A stretch of DNA of 57,337 nt, filler included, from Platydemus manokwari (taxonomy: Eukaryota): NCBI GenBank assembly GCA_037951405.1. It is 6 parts of 6 records of this genome, joined end to end, with 100 filler letters (N's around TTAATTAATTAA, not from the genome) between each part and the next. Parts side by side here need not be neighbours in the genome. Positions count along the whole stretch, not along the records: positions 8,950 to 19,409 come from JBBMOY011132106.1; positions 19,510 to 28,546 come from JBBMOY011310093.1; 4 more parts are not named here. One strand, 5' to 3'. Position numbers and translations under genes: made by a program. Positions within the stretch are counted from its first letter, which is position 1. Every line of letters begins with the position of its first letter. Below, piece by piece: positions 12,502 through 27,060 of this stretch. The notes under the pieces were generated by a model. The model worked only from the letters and a program-made list of their open reading frames with translations, made no database searches and was not told where the DNA came from.

Positions 12502-13769
12502 TTGAAATAAGCCAATTGAAAAGAACGATGGAAGGAAATACTTTGATCTTGAGCTTATTCGAACGAATATAAAGCAAAGCTGCAAGAAAACATGAAAGGA
12601 GTTGACATTAAGTGGCCAGTTCTTGATGGTCGGTAATTTCAGTTGTTATTTTTATCTTTCTGGTGCTGAACACACTGTGATTTGACATTTGGAACTTCTT
12701 TTTTCTAAGTAACTTTGATTTACAATTTATGAGTGCGAATGATGTTATTGAAATTGTATGAACTGTTATTTAATTTGAGTTCTAAACTTCAGTATTTATG
12801 GCAACAGATTAAAATATCAGTTCATAATAAATGATTAACTATTATTGGCTGATCAAGAATTTTGAGTTTCGAGATAAATAATTCCTCACAATTATTAAAA
12901 TTCTAATCAAGATAATTTCAAGCTCCAAGTACTACTCGTACGTACACCTTAAAACGAAATTCTAAAGTCAAATTCTATATATGAGTTTGATGCTTAAAGG
13001 TAGGGTTTGGCAATCGATAAATACTAGACAAAAAATATTCAGTGGAATAAGGTTATTTCAATATTTTTCTTGGTTATCAAATGATTCATTAATTATACAC
13101 ATTAATTAATTACAAATATTTTAACACGTCAATTGTCAACGTTTTTGTCTTTTACCCCCTTCTCCGCCCGCTTTCGGATTGCTCATAATCCATGTTTGTG
13201 GTGCACTGGATAGTGAATCAAAATTACACTTGCTTGTTTCACTTTTTATTAATATTTAGTTTTTCAATATATTTCAATAAATTTACCTTTTTCATCTTGA
13301 ATAGTAACCATAGGAATTTAATAGACATCAACAAATTAATAATTTGACTTTAATTCACTCGACAATATCAGGATAACAGTTACATTCAGTCTAATATCAA
13401 AATAATGTTAATCTTCAATAAATTTTATAAAACCTTTAGATATTAAGGTAAAATTTTCCGATAGTGTAGTTATCAATCGAAGCCTTTGAAGACCATTTAA
13501 CAAAAAAATCAATCAAAACCACAACATATTTAATATAATTCATTTTTTTTTAATATTCTTGCATTTGATACTTTTCGCATAAAAATTGCTCACAACATAT
13601 TTTACATCAAATAATAAACAATTTCCACAATAAAAACTCCCACTAAAATTTCCTCTGCATTAAAATTCAAAACTATTTACATCAATACTCGAATATAATA
13701 AAATATGGATTAATATACAATAATTATCATCAATAATCGATGTGAATACAAATTGCTATAGTCAATATA

Positions 13770-14030
13770 CATAGTGGCCCAAAAGTAGATATACAGTAAT
13801 TAATGTATGTGTGAAAATGTCCTAGAGAGATTTGAAGAACGTTGCAATGTTGAAGGATGACATTTTGAACCCCAGAAAATAATAACAGCACAATAAATAT
13901 TGTACTATGATTTTAAATAAACTTTTAGTGAAGAAATTAGCTAACTATACCCCTTGATAATATTTACGTCGTATAGAGACCAATATGGGATTGTATGTGT
14001 GGAATCCGACCCTATCCGAGCCATTAAAAT
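13770..14030 (+). mobile_element. Probable Tc1/mariner-family terminal inverted repeat and decayed internal relic
   Basis: TA|CATAGTGGCCCAAAAGTAGATATACAGTA resembles mariner-type TIRs preceded by a TA target site. No partner TIR or intact ORF was seen. Confidence 0.4.
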
Positions 14031-14205
14031 ATAAAATATGTACAAATATATATAAGAATAAAAAGAATTTGAAAATTTGACAGACAAAATTAAAACAATT
14101 AAAATTCAAGTTTTTAAAAAATTAATAAAATAAAAATTTTGTTTATCCACAAATTCTTTTATTTAAACAATCCCAAGGTCAGAAGAAGAAAATGTTTTCA
14201 AAAAT

Positions 14206-14755
14206 CTATTTTTAGCAACCATGTCATTGCTAAAAATAGTGTAGGTCAATTTAGCAACTCAAGTAGCTAAAAACAGTAGGCTGTTGCTAAATTTAGGTAT
14301 GAGGTCTAGAGAGTTTCTAAGTATAGAAGTGAAAGAGAACAAAAAATGAACACAGATATGACGAATGCGACTTACAAAAACAGTATATAAGAGCAAGCAA
14401 ATTCATTTTAATTGCACTTTATACTACTCGCAATTTATTATGCGTACTTACAACTCAAAGCATTTTTAGTATTTATTCAATAAGAAATTATACTAAGAAG
14501 CTATATTCATCGGAAGAGACGTCTCAGCAGTTATCAATCTTGAAGCGATATTTATTGAACGAAGGATTCCCGACTATTATTACAGAAAATATTTCATATT
14601 TTGAACCATGATGAGTAAATTTTTACATTTTTATTACGCGCCCACAGCTATCCCGATAGCTGTGTGGTTGTTTTAAACTTATTTAAGTTCGAGATTATAT
14701 CTCAGACTTTCTTTTTTATCCACATGGGTGTCTTGCCTATTAGTTAGGCACACCT
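14206..14755. repeat. Cluster of inverted repeats/hairpins
   Basis: CTATTTTTAGCAA-8nt-TTGCTAAAAATAG (14206-14239); AATTTAGCAAC...GTTGCTAAATT (14248-14293); CACAGCTATC-cc-GATAGCTGTG (~14643-14664); GGTGT..TGCCTA..TAGGCA.CACC (~14727-14754). Confidence 0.8.
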
Positions 14756-15135
14756 TATTGTTCTACTGAAGGGTTCTGGTCGTTCACAATAGTATCTTAT
14801 GGCATAAGTTAAAATTTGATTCTAAATCTTAAGATTTTTATTAAATTATCTGACTTTAAAAATTTTATTATTAAATAATTAACCTTAAAAATTAAATATT
14901 AAATTTCTTTTTCAATCTCTGTCTTGATTTATAAATAATATATACACATGTTTATATCTGATTATACTAAGATATATTTTTAAATTCCGCATTTTAAAAT
15001 CATTTATTTTTACACATCAAAAATAATTACATATCATGAAAATTCTGTACAGATCAAAGGTACACGGTTAAAAGATTCAAATTATTAAATTATCAAGTTA
15101 TCATCAGTTATCATCACATATTATTATAAAAGTCA

Positions 15136-15483
15136 TTATTGTGAATTGTCTGGATTCGAATTCTCGAAGTTCGCAGATTTCATTCCGAATTCTTGCCGAC
15201 AACAGGCATCCAAATATACACTCCAACTTTGGGTGGCCCAAGTTTCCCATTTTGAGTTTGGTTTTATGGGTTTAATAACAATCGGTGTACAGGGTTTTTG
15301 TTGTCTGGGTGGTGTTCTTGATTTTTTAAACACGGGTTCACTGGGTTCTTTGGGTGATTTCCTCATGGGTTTTTGGAGTGATTGCTGATGTTGTTGCCTC
15401 CACTCACTATAGGATCTAACGGTATATGCAGTCTTTTCTTCTTCGCTCTCCTCACTATCTAAGTAGAGCACTAGACGTTCCAT
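15136..15483 (-). CDS. Orphan 115-aa ORF (acidic N-terminus, Pro/Lys-rich middle, Trp/Cys-rich C-terminus), possibly carried by a mobile element
   Basis: Uninterrupted ATG-TAA ORF, richer in GC than its flanks, with protein-like composition. No family was recognised. Confidence 0.45.
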   Translation of the reverse strand: MERLVLYLDSEESEEEKTAYTVRSYSEWRQQHQQSLQKPMRKSPKEPSEPVFKKSRTPPRQQKPCTPIVIKPIKPNSKWETWATQSWSVYLDACCRQEFGMKSANFENSNPDNSQ

Positions 15484-16749
15484 ATTGTTTTCCCAACACT
15501 GGAAAGACCTTAATTATTAGTTCGAGAATTTGAAACCATATCTATAATATTTTTTACTGCTGGACTTCTAGTATTATAAAACATTAAATGTATGAGCCAA
15601 ATCAAACAATTATGTGCAAGAAATTCGCATTATTTATTTCGGTGTCATAATATTTTTATCAATGTAAATTGTATGGAAATTTTATAATCTTTGGTAATAT
15701 TCTCAATATATCTTTTCTGGAAAAGCTATATGGTTTATTTATAAAATTTAAATAATAATAATTATTATTATTAATTAATAATTGCTGATAAACCTTAAAG
15801 CAGAAATACCATTTGAATAAAATTCGTATTAAAAATAAAATTAACAATGATAAATAGGAAAAAGTTTGACATTTATTCACCAAACAACTAAAATATAATC
15901 TATTCATGAAATACTCGATGAAGAGAATAAAATATTGCCCGCATTTATATCTAGCTTAGCAACTAAAATAACTCTTAACAAAAATATTCCGGTGAACAAA
16001 AGCCTGTTGTCAACAATATCAATGACAAAATTAAATATTGAGAAAATTTCGACCCGGATTAAAAAATTGAGGAATTCCATTTTAATAAAATAATGCTACC
16101 GCATTTTCAAGGAAATTTGTCCTTAATAAAATACCCGTATAAATAATCTAACAACAGTTAGTCTCCGGAACCGTGTGTTAGAAACCAAGCCCAATTCGAA
16201 ACGCTAAAGAAGTTAAGCCTAAAATTCGTAAGCCATTGAAGCCCGATAGATTCCACTAGTGTCGTCAGTAATTATATGCCCATTATTTACTGGAAGATCA
16301 ATTTGATATTGATATTGTTTGCCCGAGGATCAATCGATAGAATTTGTAAGAATTTTTTCGATTGTAATGTCATCAGTTATTTATAATTTCTCGTACATTC
16401 TTCCTATTTATCGGGTTAATCCCAAAGCTTTTTACCTGAAACGTTATAGTTCTTTTCTAGGCAGTCATAATAACATTTGGTTAGAATTTATAATATCTTT
16501 TATGTTAATAAACATCTTGGTTTATCAATCTAATTCCCAATGTGATTGTTTATTTATTTATTTATTTATTTGTAGGTCGCTATTAAAGTTCCAGCATATT
16601 ATATCCCATCGATATTATTGCCAATTATCTACAAATCTACAAAATAATATTAAATACAATGTATGAAAGATTGATGTAGAACAGAGTTTTATTATCAATA
16701 CTGAATAGCCATTTTCATTGTGAAGATTTTAATTTACGATTTTATAAAA

Positions 16750-17036
16750 ATGTTAAAAATTTTGTGTTTGGTTCTGATGTTAAGTGTGTCAAGGAGCTTC
16801 GATAGTAAATATGAGGTTTATAAAATAGGTAAATTGATATTCATGAAAAGATATTGGCGAAATAATAGTTTAATTATAGATAGAAGGCATGGAAATGATT
16901 ATGGTTAATAATTATGAATCTTGCTTCCCGCTCAAGTATTTCTGTAGAAATCTCCTACAATGAGATTGATAAAATCCTTCGAAAAATCGATCGACTTGTC
17001 AAGATACCTGATATATTCGAAAAATTCAAATACTAA
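16750..17036 (+). CDS. Small secreted peptide candidate (63 aa; exons 16750-16828, 16880-16903, 16948-17036)
   Basis: Signal-peptide-like MLKILCLVLMLSVSRS. Two phase-1 GT-AG introns (51 and 44 nt) give ..FDSKYEVYKIDRRHGNDYEISYNEIDKILRKIDRLVKIPDIFEKFKY*. It could be a truncated relic. Confidence 0.45.
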
Positions 17037-17399
17037 TCGCTACAATCGAAAATATTTGCCTTGAAATGTAAAATACTCCTATTCAATGACTTGATCAAAT
17101 TAATATCTTCTCTAAACATCTTAGCTGCACCTATTCGCGTTATAATTCCACTAGCGTATTTCGTTGAGTGAATTTGTTGGGTGCCAGCTAACGTTTGGAT
17201 CAACTATTTAAATCCTTTTCAACACGAGAGTTGCATTGGTGGACACCTTTTTGGATCTCTGATAACGCAATAATTTTGCATTTTTCATTGTTATATGATC
17301 TTATTATTTTTATCAGTTATTTCTTTATTTTATATTTACTTGTTTATTTCGTTATTACATCCTGAATCAATTCACTATCCTCCATCTCATAAAAATAAA

Positions 17400-18812
17400 A
17401 TGCAATTTAATATAACAAGGAATTAACTGTCAACAATCAATAATAATCCAAAAAGCATGACAAAGACAATACAACCAAAGTATTTCGATGTTCAAAATCA
17501 AGAGTATGATCAAATCATAATTTCTATTGATTGGCTTCTGCATTGATTGATTATAGTAGTGGAACGATATTTGGGATCTTCTCTGGGGTTATTTTTGAAT
17601 TATTGAGCAAGTTTGATATATTGATTTATTGGATAAAAGATTATTTTAAAAAGGTGAAGAATGAAAATTTATTATTTATACTGTTATACTAGCCATAACT
17701 TCGAACATCTTGCCAAAAACTTTCAGCAAATCAGACATGAATTTCATCAATATTGATGTTCCGGTATAAAAAAAATCACAATCTAGCTTTTAACTAATAA
17801 TAAATTGAAGAACAGTGAAAGAATGAATTTGATAGCAGCAATTCCTTGACGACAGACATCAATATTTAGAAAAGCTATACCTTATTGAATATGATGAATT
17901 AGAGGGTTTATGATCTACGTTTTCGTAGTAACATATTATAAGATATAGTCTAAAATTTTGCACCAAAAACAGTTTCACGTTATAGCCTCCTTTTGTAAAA
18001 TCTTTTCTTTTGATTTGAGTTAAATTGAGAATACTGTGTTGTTAAAACAATTATGAATATCTGGTATTTATCAGCAAATATTTGTTTTGGATTAGTTTAT
18101 TCTTATTTAATAAACAATAAGCAAAATAGTTGTTGTTTATTGAAGAGAATGATCAAAATAGTATTTAGTCTTATACAAATCGATAGGTTAATATTGAAGA
18201 AGTCACAATATTGGTTGTTGGAATAAAATCTAAATGTCGATGGAAAAGTTTGATATTGTAATTGCAGACGAAAGAAGCTTTGCTGCTTTAACTGACGAAA
18301 CCCCAAATCCAACAATTCCATTGAAACAAAAATAATAAATAAGATCATCAAAGTAAATTATTATGACATAACGAAAATAAAGTAAACGAAAGGATATAAA
18401 ACCAAGAGATATGAATCCCATTCAGGAATTCTTAATATCCAAAAAGTCTTGATTAAGAAATAATTCCAAAATAGAAACCACTTGGGAGAAATCAAAAGTC
18501 GTACAAAAATAATGAAAACCAGGAAATGGTTAATGAGATCATATAATTCAATGTCAGTACAGATCACATGTACCTTGACATCAAAAATTAATAAAATAAA
18601 AGTAACAATTAAATGATCAATATGGTTATTAATCATTTCATGACTTATCTTATTGGGAAAATAAAATTGTTGCACGCAATGGTTATTAGTAATTATTATT
18701 CTAACCGTACAATAACTTCACCACATATCCACCATATATTCAAAAGAAAATACCAGTAATAACCAGTACATTTTCTGTAATGGTGAGTTACCAGGACGAT
18801 TTAATTGTTTCA
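17400..18812 (-). pseudogene. Decayed multi-pass membrane protein gene
   Basis: Hydrophobic ORF fragments (18361-18675, 18230-18421) broken by stops and frameshifts. The family was not recognised. Confidence 0.3.
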
Positions 18813-19409
18813 TAAATTAATCACCTTTTATTATTATTTCTACATCAACCAATCGAAACGAGAAATATGCATTAGTTCTCAAATTATCACAAGACCACTG
18901 TCTGGATTATCTCACCAACTAAAAATATCATTCCATCAAACTCTTTAATATAATAATTCCCTTGATACCATTTTAGAAGTGCTAATTGGGACTGAAACTT
19001 TTCCTAATCATAGCTTCGTTACAATCGAAACAACCTTTTATATTAAAAAATATCGAGTAATAAAAGTACAAATAATTTTATCAAGAATATTAGACAGTAT
19101 CAAGTTGCTTAATATTATTGATTTCTAGATGCCTTTGCAGTTATTGGGATAATTGCCGGCTAGTTTGAAAATATTCGATCACTAGAGTAGCTGCTTTGTA
19201 ATGAAGTTGCTTGACATAAATATCATAAATTCAGTTTTACAATTATATAACGATATTTGATGGAACATAATAAACCTGAAGACTACAATAAAAACCAGAG
19301 AGTTTATTTAAATTTAAATATCATACTCACGCATATATGTGCCCTTGATTATGAAAGTGGTATAAGTCATATATTTCTTGTTTGGAGATATTAAGGGATC
19401 TGCATGTTA

Positions 19410-19509
19410 NNNNNNNNNNNNNNNNNNNNNNNNNNNNNNNNNNNNNNNNNNNNTTAATTAATTAANNNNNNNNNNNNNNNNNNNNNNNNNNNNNNNNNNN
19501 NNNNNNNNN
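19410..19509. other. Artificial contig spacer
   Basis: N44-TTAATTAATTAA-N44. Confidence 0.98.
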
Positions 19510-22500
19510 TATTCTTATTCAGTTTTACTATATAGTTTAATAAATCTCATTATAGTAAAAATAATCGTAATAATAATTTTTAGTTTGTATAACTTTATTG
19601 ATCGTATGACGATTATTAAAATTGTTTGCAGTTAGTAGTGTATATAATATCGTGCTTCACAAATATTTTAAAAATATACTAGAAAGCTGAATTAAAAATA
19701 CCCTAACGATGTGTCATCATTCAGAAATAAAGGTGCAGTAACCAGATAGAAATTATATAAATAAGGAAACGATAAATAACAACATTAAACTTTATTTACA
19801 ATTTATTTAACGATTGTGCAGTGCCCTTTACCTAAAGGATGTCAATTATCAACAATGAGATCTAAATTGTAATGACACAATTTTTACAATCGTAAGGTGA
19901 CAGTGGCTGTGGAGACGACATTGATTATAAAGATTCGAAAATTAAAGCCTGTCCGCATAACCATTTACACGGCACTGGGCGATAACAACAATGAATGAAA
20001 TAAAGACTTGATTGTATGATCCGATAATTCAGTAAAACAGATTTGAATAATTCTCACAAAACTAAAATTTGAAATTGGAAGATCATCTGTTCACAAAATA
20101 ATATGTTGTTTGCCATTACAGTGAACTCAAATGGTTTTTTAAATCTGACTTTCTATCCCATTTGGGGTCACATTGAAAATGTAGTTCTCTGTTTAAAAGT
20201 TACACTGTTCTAACAATGATGTGCATTGTCAAATAGACACGAATGATCAAGCCCCAAATATTAATTAGTCAGAACTGAGATATATTGACTGTAATAATTT
20301 GATTCTTCTTACTAGAGTCTCCGTCTTGAAGTATACTGGTTATATTATAAAATTTGGTACAATAACATAACTTTTTAAGTTTAATTTAGTTATCATGGAT
20401 TATTATTTTCTTATTTTCCAATAACTTTCATTAACGTTTCTGTTATGTTAGCTCATCATAAACTTTAAGATACTTGCCATCATATTGGCTTGAAATTTTT
20501 ATTATTAGATTTTTCTATATAAATCATTATCATAAGATAATAATAAATAATACAATTAGCATTTTATTTTTAAAAAGTATATATATACATTCACATTAAA
20601 TCATTTAAATGAAAAGAGAAGGGATAAATTCTTGTATCAATGACATAGTAATGGTAATCATGCATAAAGTCGGATATATTATAAATAATAAATCATCAGT
20701 CGAGAAAAGTATGGGTTATTTCTTATTTTCCACTTCGGTGAGAACTAATTAAATTTATCTGATGGGGATTTATTTATAGATATATCCATTAATTGATCAA
20801 TTCTTTGAACGTTCCGTCGATGTCAATTCCAAACTGTATACCACAACTTTGTATCCACTGGCCATGTGTATCTTGTATTTTCATTCGGCTGTCCGTGCTG
20901 ACAGGGATAATCAGAAATATTCCATAAGTTATAAATTCGAATTATCATAGTCCAATTCCGGAAATTTCCCCCTCAGCTATGACTAACCCTTGTAATAGAC
21001 TGATAGCTGGAATGACAGTTAATCAACTCGGTGGTTTTCCAGTTCATTTAGTTGCTATGATCACACACACACATTGATATGTATACAGATAATTTGGAAA
21101 TATATATTTTTTATTCGCATCTTTTTTTCACCAATAAAATTTCCATAATACACCTTGGACAGAGACAGACTCGGTAAATCCTTTGTTTGGTGATTGTTCT
21201 ACTGAGATACTTTTCCCTATCCAATTGTGATAGACCAAAGAGCCGAGCCAAATTTAATTGTTGCAGAAATAAATTCATTAAATTATCAGCCATATATTTT
21301 ATTATTATTGATCGACATTGATCTTATTGTTTATCATTGTCATTACCTCATGTTTGTTTAAATATATCTCCTTTATTGGATAATTAGACGAATTTGTGTC
21401 TAAAATGGTTACAAAAATCTTTAAGATTCATTTTCTTGACATGTGTTTTCTTCTTGAAACGTTTTGAGTGATACCTACCCTTAACTAAAAATCAAATAAG
21501 CATTTTAAATATGAAAATGAAACCATATCCTAAAATGACAATTTAATAAACTTCAGTAAAAAAAAAACAAGCTCAAATTCTTTGAAAAAGTTTTCTTTAT
21601 TTTAATATTTTTTGCAGAAATCTCAAATGTTGACAAGAACGTGATGCTAAAAACTTCAATTCACCTTCTTGTATCTAACTCCAACAAGCGCAATAGTGAT
21701 GCTTGATGACGTATATCCGACATTCTACATGGAAAACTAAGATTCTCATTACACCTCATATAGGATCTATATTTGGATTTCTAATTTGTTTCTTTTTAAT
21801 GAAAAATAAACTTGAATTTTTTATATTCTGTCTGAAAGTTGTTTACGAGGTATTGTTTTGATTTATAAATATCGAATATTTCATTTGATGTATATTTTTA
21901 GAAGCATATAATCGACTTATTCTCGTGTCCTTAAAGTTGTCCGTATCCATTTTGGTGTTTTCTATCATAAACACTATCATATGACGGTTTTAATTAGTGA
22001 ATATTTGTGTTTATTATATTGATTTGTCTACGTCTACCTGTCTTTTAATAGAAAATATTATTAATTTTGTGTATTGTTTTCTATTTCTAGACATTTATCT
22101 TGTGGATGACAAATGGATTAGAAATACTGAATGGACTCCTCAGAATAACTCCCAACAAACTGGTATAAGTAACCAATCACGTGCCTTCAAATTATAAATA
22201 TCTGATGGAATTTTAGCTCTCGATTGATGTATGTCTACAGAAAATTACAAACACGAAACTCGCCAGTGATATAAGAGATCGAAGAAATTATCCAATGAGA
22301 TGCATGAAAAAGTTTGTAAATGATTTTGTAAAATTAGAAGAGGAATTGTGGGTAGTAAATGGATAAACACAACAAAGTCTACTAAAAGAGTCAGATTTCT
22401 TGAGAAATTGCCAATCTTCTATGGTTGATATTTTCTGTTATGATTTCTAGCTTTCACCAACTGACAGTTGACTGTCGAAACTAATATTTATCTGAAAAAC

Positions 22501-25500
22501 TTTGATTTACGATTTTTGAGTGTTGTACGTTTACGATCTTATTGAATTTGTACGAGCAGTAATTTTACCATTATGATTTAGAGTACTTAACTTTAGTAAT
22601 GATTCTGACCATTTATTAGTTCTGTATTAGAATTTCATTGTCAACGAATACTTCGCATTTTTATAAATTTATTTTAGCCAATCTCAGTTTATACTTTTGT
22701 AAATATTATTGTTGGATAAAATATTTTGTTACCAAAATATGCTCACATTTATTAAAAAGAATTTCTTTTATTTTTCGTTTCTTACAAAGACATTCTGATT
22801 TTCTTCATTAACAATTAAAATGAAAGTTCTAAAAATTTTTATAAGATTTTTACGTTTATCAGTAGGATCACCGCAGAGTTTCTGAAATTATTATTAAAAA
22901 TCACGATTAATATTTGGTAGTAAATCGATATTTTTAAAATAATGGTTTCATAATTACTTTTATTTTTCAGTGGTTTTGAAGAAAACAATTCAAGCTTTCT
23001 CCACAAAAACTCAAATGAGAATTTTGTTATATTTTTGAAACTTATAATTTTGTTTTAATCTTAAATTCGTGGATTTTCGAGTACACATGTTACAAAAGTT
23101 TTAATGTAAAGAAAACAAACACAACTTTTTTGCTCCTTATATTATCTTAAGTGTTTTCTTTCGCAATCTATTTTTTTCAAATTTGTAAGCAAAAGTGAAA
23201 CGATATTTGAACATTATTTATTTTACAGATCGTTCGTCATTGATTTATTTTATTTATTGTGTTTTGATTGGCCAAAATGAACAACTTTATTCCAACATTG
23301 AATTGAGAGACAAATAAAAGGGGAAAATCGTTTTATTGAAAGCTATTAATTGAAATATGTGAGAAACAAAGAATAAAATCTCTAAAATCTACTTGTCATA
23401 CTCCAATTGAGATATCAGTCTACTATAAATCGATATTATTTTGTGTGTCACAAATAAAACACAGACGTGTAGATGATTTTCATTTGGCTAACAATGATTT
23501 CAGTGTTGGTTTTTCATTGACAGAAATAGAACGAAAATCGTTTGGGAGGAAAATTTTGGAAAGAAACAAATATCGATTGAAATTATCTTCGTATAATATA
23601 ACCAACAAAAGTAGGAGAGCGATAATGAAAGTGATTGGAAAAACCATTCACAGATAATTTCATCGTTATTTCAATTGATATAAATATTCGATTTAATTTT
23701 TGTCGTCTCTAAAACAACATTGATGATGGACTGAATTGAATTGGTCGGTGAAATTGTTAAGGAATTCCAAACACATAAATATGCTACGGTTAAATTAATA
23801 ATAGTATATACAAAAATGTTAAATTAAATTTCATTTTAATTGGATGTTTCAGTTTATGACGTTAACATTTTTCTCTTGAATATACGCTTATAATTTGTAA
23901 GTAATTTATTCTGAGGAATATTAAAATATGAATTGGGTTGGATTGGAAAAATAGATTAGAATGAAGTTCATTTTTCAATGGGAAATTTTCTTCTGAATTG
24001 CATTAATTAGGGGAAATTTAGAAATTCAGTTCCCTTTCAACAGCAGGTTTGCAGATTCCTTTTATCAAATAATCTTTCGTTTGTCAGTGAAGCTTTCTGA
24101 AGCTTTTTGAAGAGATTGTGATTGCAAGTCATAGCAGATATGATGAGCCTAGGAAATAAAACACACACATACAAACACACACCATCTTTGATACTTTTAA
24201 TAATATAATGTTTTCTAATATTGTAGAATATCGGGATATTTTTAGATTTTATTTGTCTTTATGTGTTGAGAGGATTATCAAATCAATTTCAGTGATTTAT
24301 AAAATGCATTTCGAAGAATAAATAAAATGGATTGTAAAAATCTTTCGTTATTATCATGTATTGTTATACTATTTGGGTACAATGGAATTCTAATTGTTGA
24401 ATGCAGTTGTGGCTTTAATAAAATTATGCAATAGTTATTACATTTAACTTGGAAAAAATAAATCTCATAAACAATCAAAGTCGACTCTAAATTTTAAATT
24501 ATCAGAAATTACTCTAAATATCCACTAACGCTGATTATAATCACTAGTTACACATTAAAATCAGCTTGCACTTCAAAATTGCATTTTCAAAACAATCTCA
24601 CTAATCAATTCACAATGAGATCAACACCTGAAAGATAACATAGAAACAGAAATTACGACGATAAAGGATTGGTAATTGAATAAAAGAATAAGACGGACAG
24701 AGAATTAATCACAATGTAAGACTCGTATGAGTTATCGAGATTCAACTCCTTTTGTAGAACTATCGCGAGAGTTTACTTTTTGTGTTGTAGCTTTACCTTT
24801 CACATTTGCTTAAACAGTCTACATATCAGCTTCTAACTCTATCTTTCGTACCACTGGTTTATCTTGGTTTTTGACACCTGATGTTGGTGTGCATCAATTG
24901 GTGATAGAATGCTATTAATAGGTTGGTATTTTGGAAGCATCTAATTTTCACGTTCAAGATACATTTGATATAATCCTTTAAAAGACAAATAACAAGAAAC
25001 TTTAATTGAAGATTTTGAAAATTATTTTGAGAAAAACCAAAAAAAATCCAAAATATGTTTGGTTTGATAAACACAGACAATTATCTATAGACGATTTGAG
25101 CTGGTGCTCCTTTTTCATCGAAAGCCTATAAACGAATGAGTTAAAATTTCGAAAAATAAAACTTTCGAAAAAATCCTCTTAAAAATCCTCAGTGATGTTA
25201 ATTTCTCTGGTTCAAGACCTAGCGCCATTGGATTAGGAATTTGTGCTTGGAACCGAGAAGAGAAGAGCCGCACTCATAAAAAATGAAATGAAGTGGAGTT
25301 CATAATAGTGGTATGAAAAGGAGTATTTAAACATAAATCTCTAAGAATTTAAATTTACTTATTATTTTTCTATCATTTGAGGGAACGTAAAAAGTGAGAA
25401 AGTGATTATTATAAAAAATTATTAAAAATAAATTGAGAGTACGGCTCTAGTTTTATTTTTTTTTAATTTTTGACTTTGCAAAGTTGTGGAACTCGAGTGT

Positions 25501-26241
25501 AAATAAATAAATTATTTAGATATTATATGAAGTTATATTTTCGATTGATTTTCTGAACTGATAAACGCTGTTGAGTATTCCTTTAATAAGACAAGTATTA
25601 AATTAAGATCTGTTAAGAAGTCGATAAGTTTTAAATTTGAGATAAATAATAGAAGGAGATCATGAGAAAGAAATTGAATCCACCAAGTTTTTATCATTCC
25701 CATATTTTTCCACTCATATTTGATATAATTATTTATTTCCCATACCAGATAATGTGTCACATTATTTATCGGTGATCACTGGAGTGTATAAACTTTTTTT
25801 AATTTCAAATTTTTAATTTTCACTGAAAATCAAGTTGATTAATAATTTTAATAATTTTAATAATAATAGAAAACCTACACAATGGTTTTGGGCTAAATAT
25901 ATTTTTGATTAATTTTCTATTTCAATGATTCCTACATAATATCGCAAATAACCTTGATGTTTGTAACCAAGTTATGGAGTCATTACCGAATATAATCCAC
26001 CTTACATCTTCAATAACAGTTGTGTCTAAAAAGTTTCCACATCATAAAAAAGGCAAACTTTGAACCTGTTACCTTGTTTATGGTTTTCAAGATTTCACAA
26101 TCGATGAAATTTAAACTAGGTGGTAATCAGGTTCTTATAAAGGATTAAAAACCACTGAAAATTTTAACTGTTACTTTTCTCTGTATTGCTAAAAATCGAT
26201 AATAGATAAATGAATTCAATGAATTATCTGTTATTTTAACC

Positions 26242-27060
26242 CAGTGGTTCCCAACCTTTTTTACACCGCGCCACACTGTTGAGCTCTTTAAATCTTAACG
26301 TCACACCTGTCACAACAAATAAATATTTTCTACTCATAAAGAATTTTTGTAATGAAATAATATAAAACAAAGAAAATCATATAAGAACAATTTTCATTTA
26401 GATCAATACAACATCTCCTGTATTCAATACCGGGTATGGAATGATAATAGTGTTGTGGGGCAGTTGTGTCTGGTGCTTTTTGTGTTCGAATGTAAGAAAA
26501 ACATGCTCTTAAATTTTTCAATGTTTTTAAGTCTCTCAAGTTTTTTTTATTTTTAATGTTGTTTAAGTATCCGATTTGAGTATCCGATCGCTGGAAAGAC
26601 TCGCTCTTCACATAACTTAAAGTTGAAAAGATTAATGATCGATAAATCTAGAAAAGAATTGTGAATCCAATAAAATTATTCAATGCTGATTGAGGAGGAA
26701 TATTCATCAATTTTATTTTCCAAAATTGTCAAATGCTCAATAATAATGATAATCGTCTCGGTAACGGAAGTTTTGCTAATTGATGGAAACAGATAAAAAT
26801 CGTTTGCCATCTTCTTTTCTTCCATAATACAATTTTTTCTTAAAAGCAACAAATTTATCTGTTGCCGTAATAAGATTTTAATTCCTGCCTTGCATATTGC
26901 TGTTCATACTATTGAATTGTCCAAATATCTCACTTAAGTACTCTGTTCTGGACATCCACAATTCATTTTTAAGGAATTTACAAAATATATCAAGCAATGT
27001 CTTATCTTGAATGAAATTGAACAATAAATGTTGAGAACTAATTGAACCAGACAAGTTCAG
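26242..27060 (-). mobile_element. hAT (Buster/Charlie-type) DNA transposon, 3' end with degraded transposase
   Basis: TIR CAGTGGTTCCCAACC at 26242. The minus strand reads WMSRTEYLSEIFGQFNSMNSNMQGRN*NLITATDKFVAFKKKIVLWK..FYLFP and ES..IKNKKNLR..LRACFSYIR, typical of the ZBED8/FAM200/Buster C-terminus. Confidence 0.85.

Noticed and set aside
13280-13530. Several in-frame TGA codons in a signal-peptide-like frame, suggesting stop-codon reassignment
   Set aside because: Conserved genes use TGG for Trp and end normally with TGA (LRRC71, GPN1) or TAA (SNUPN). The stops are better explained by pseudogene decay.
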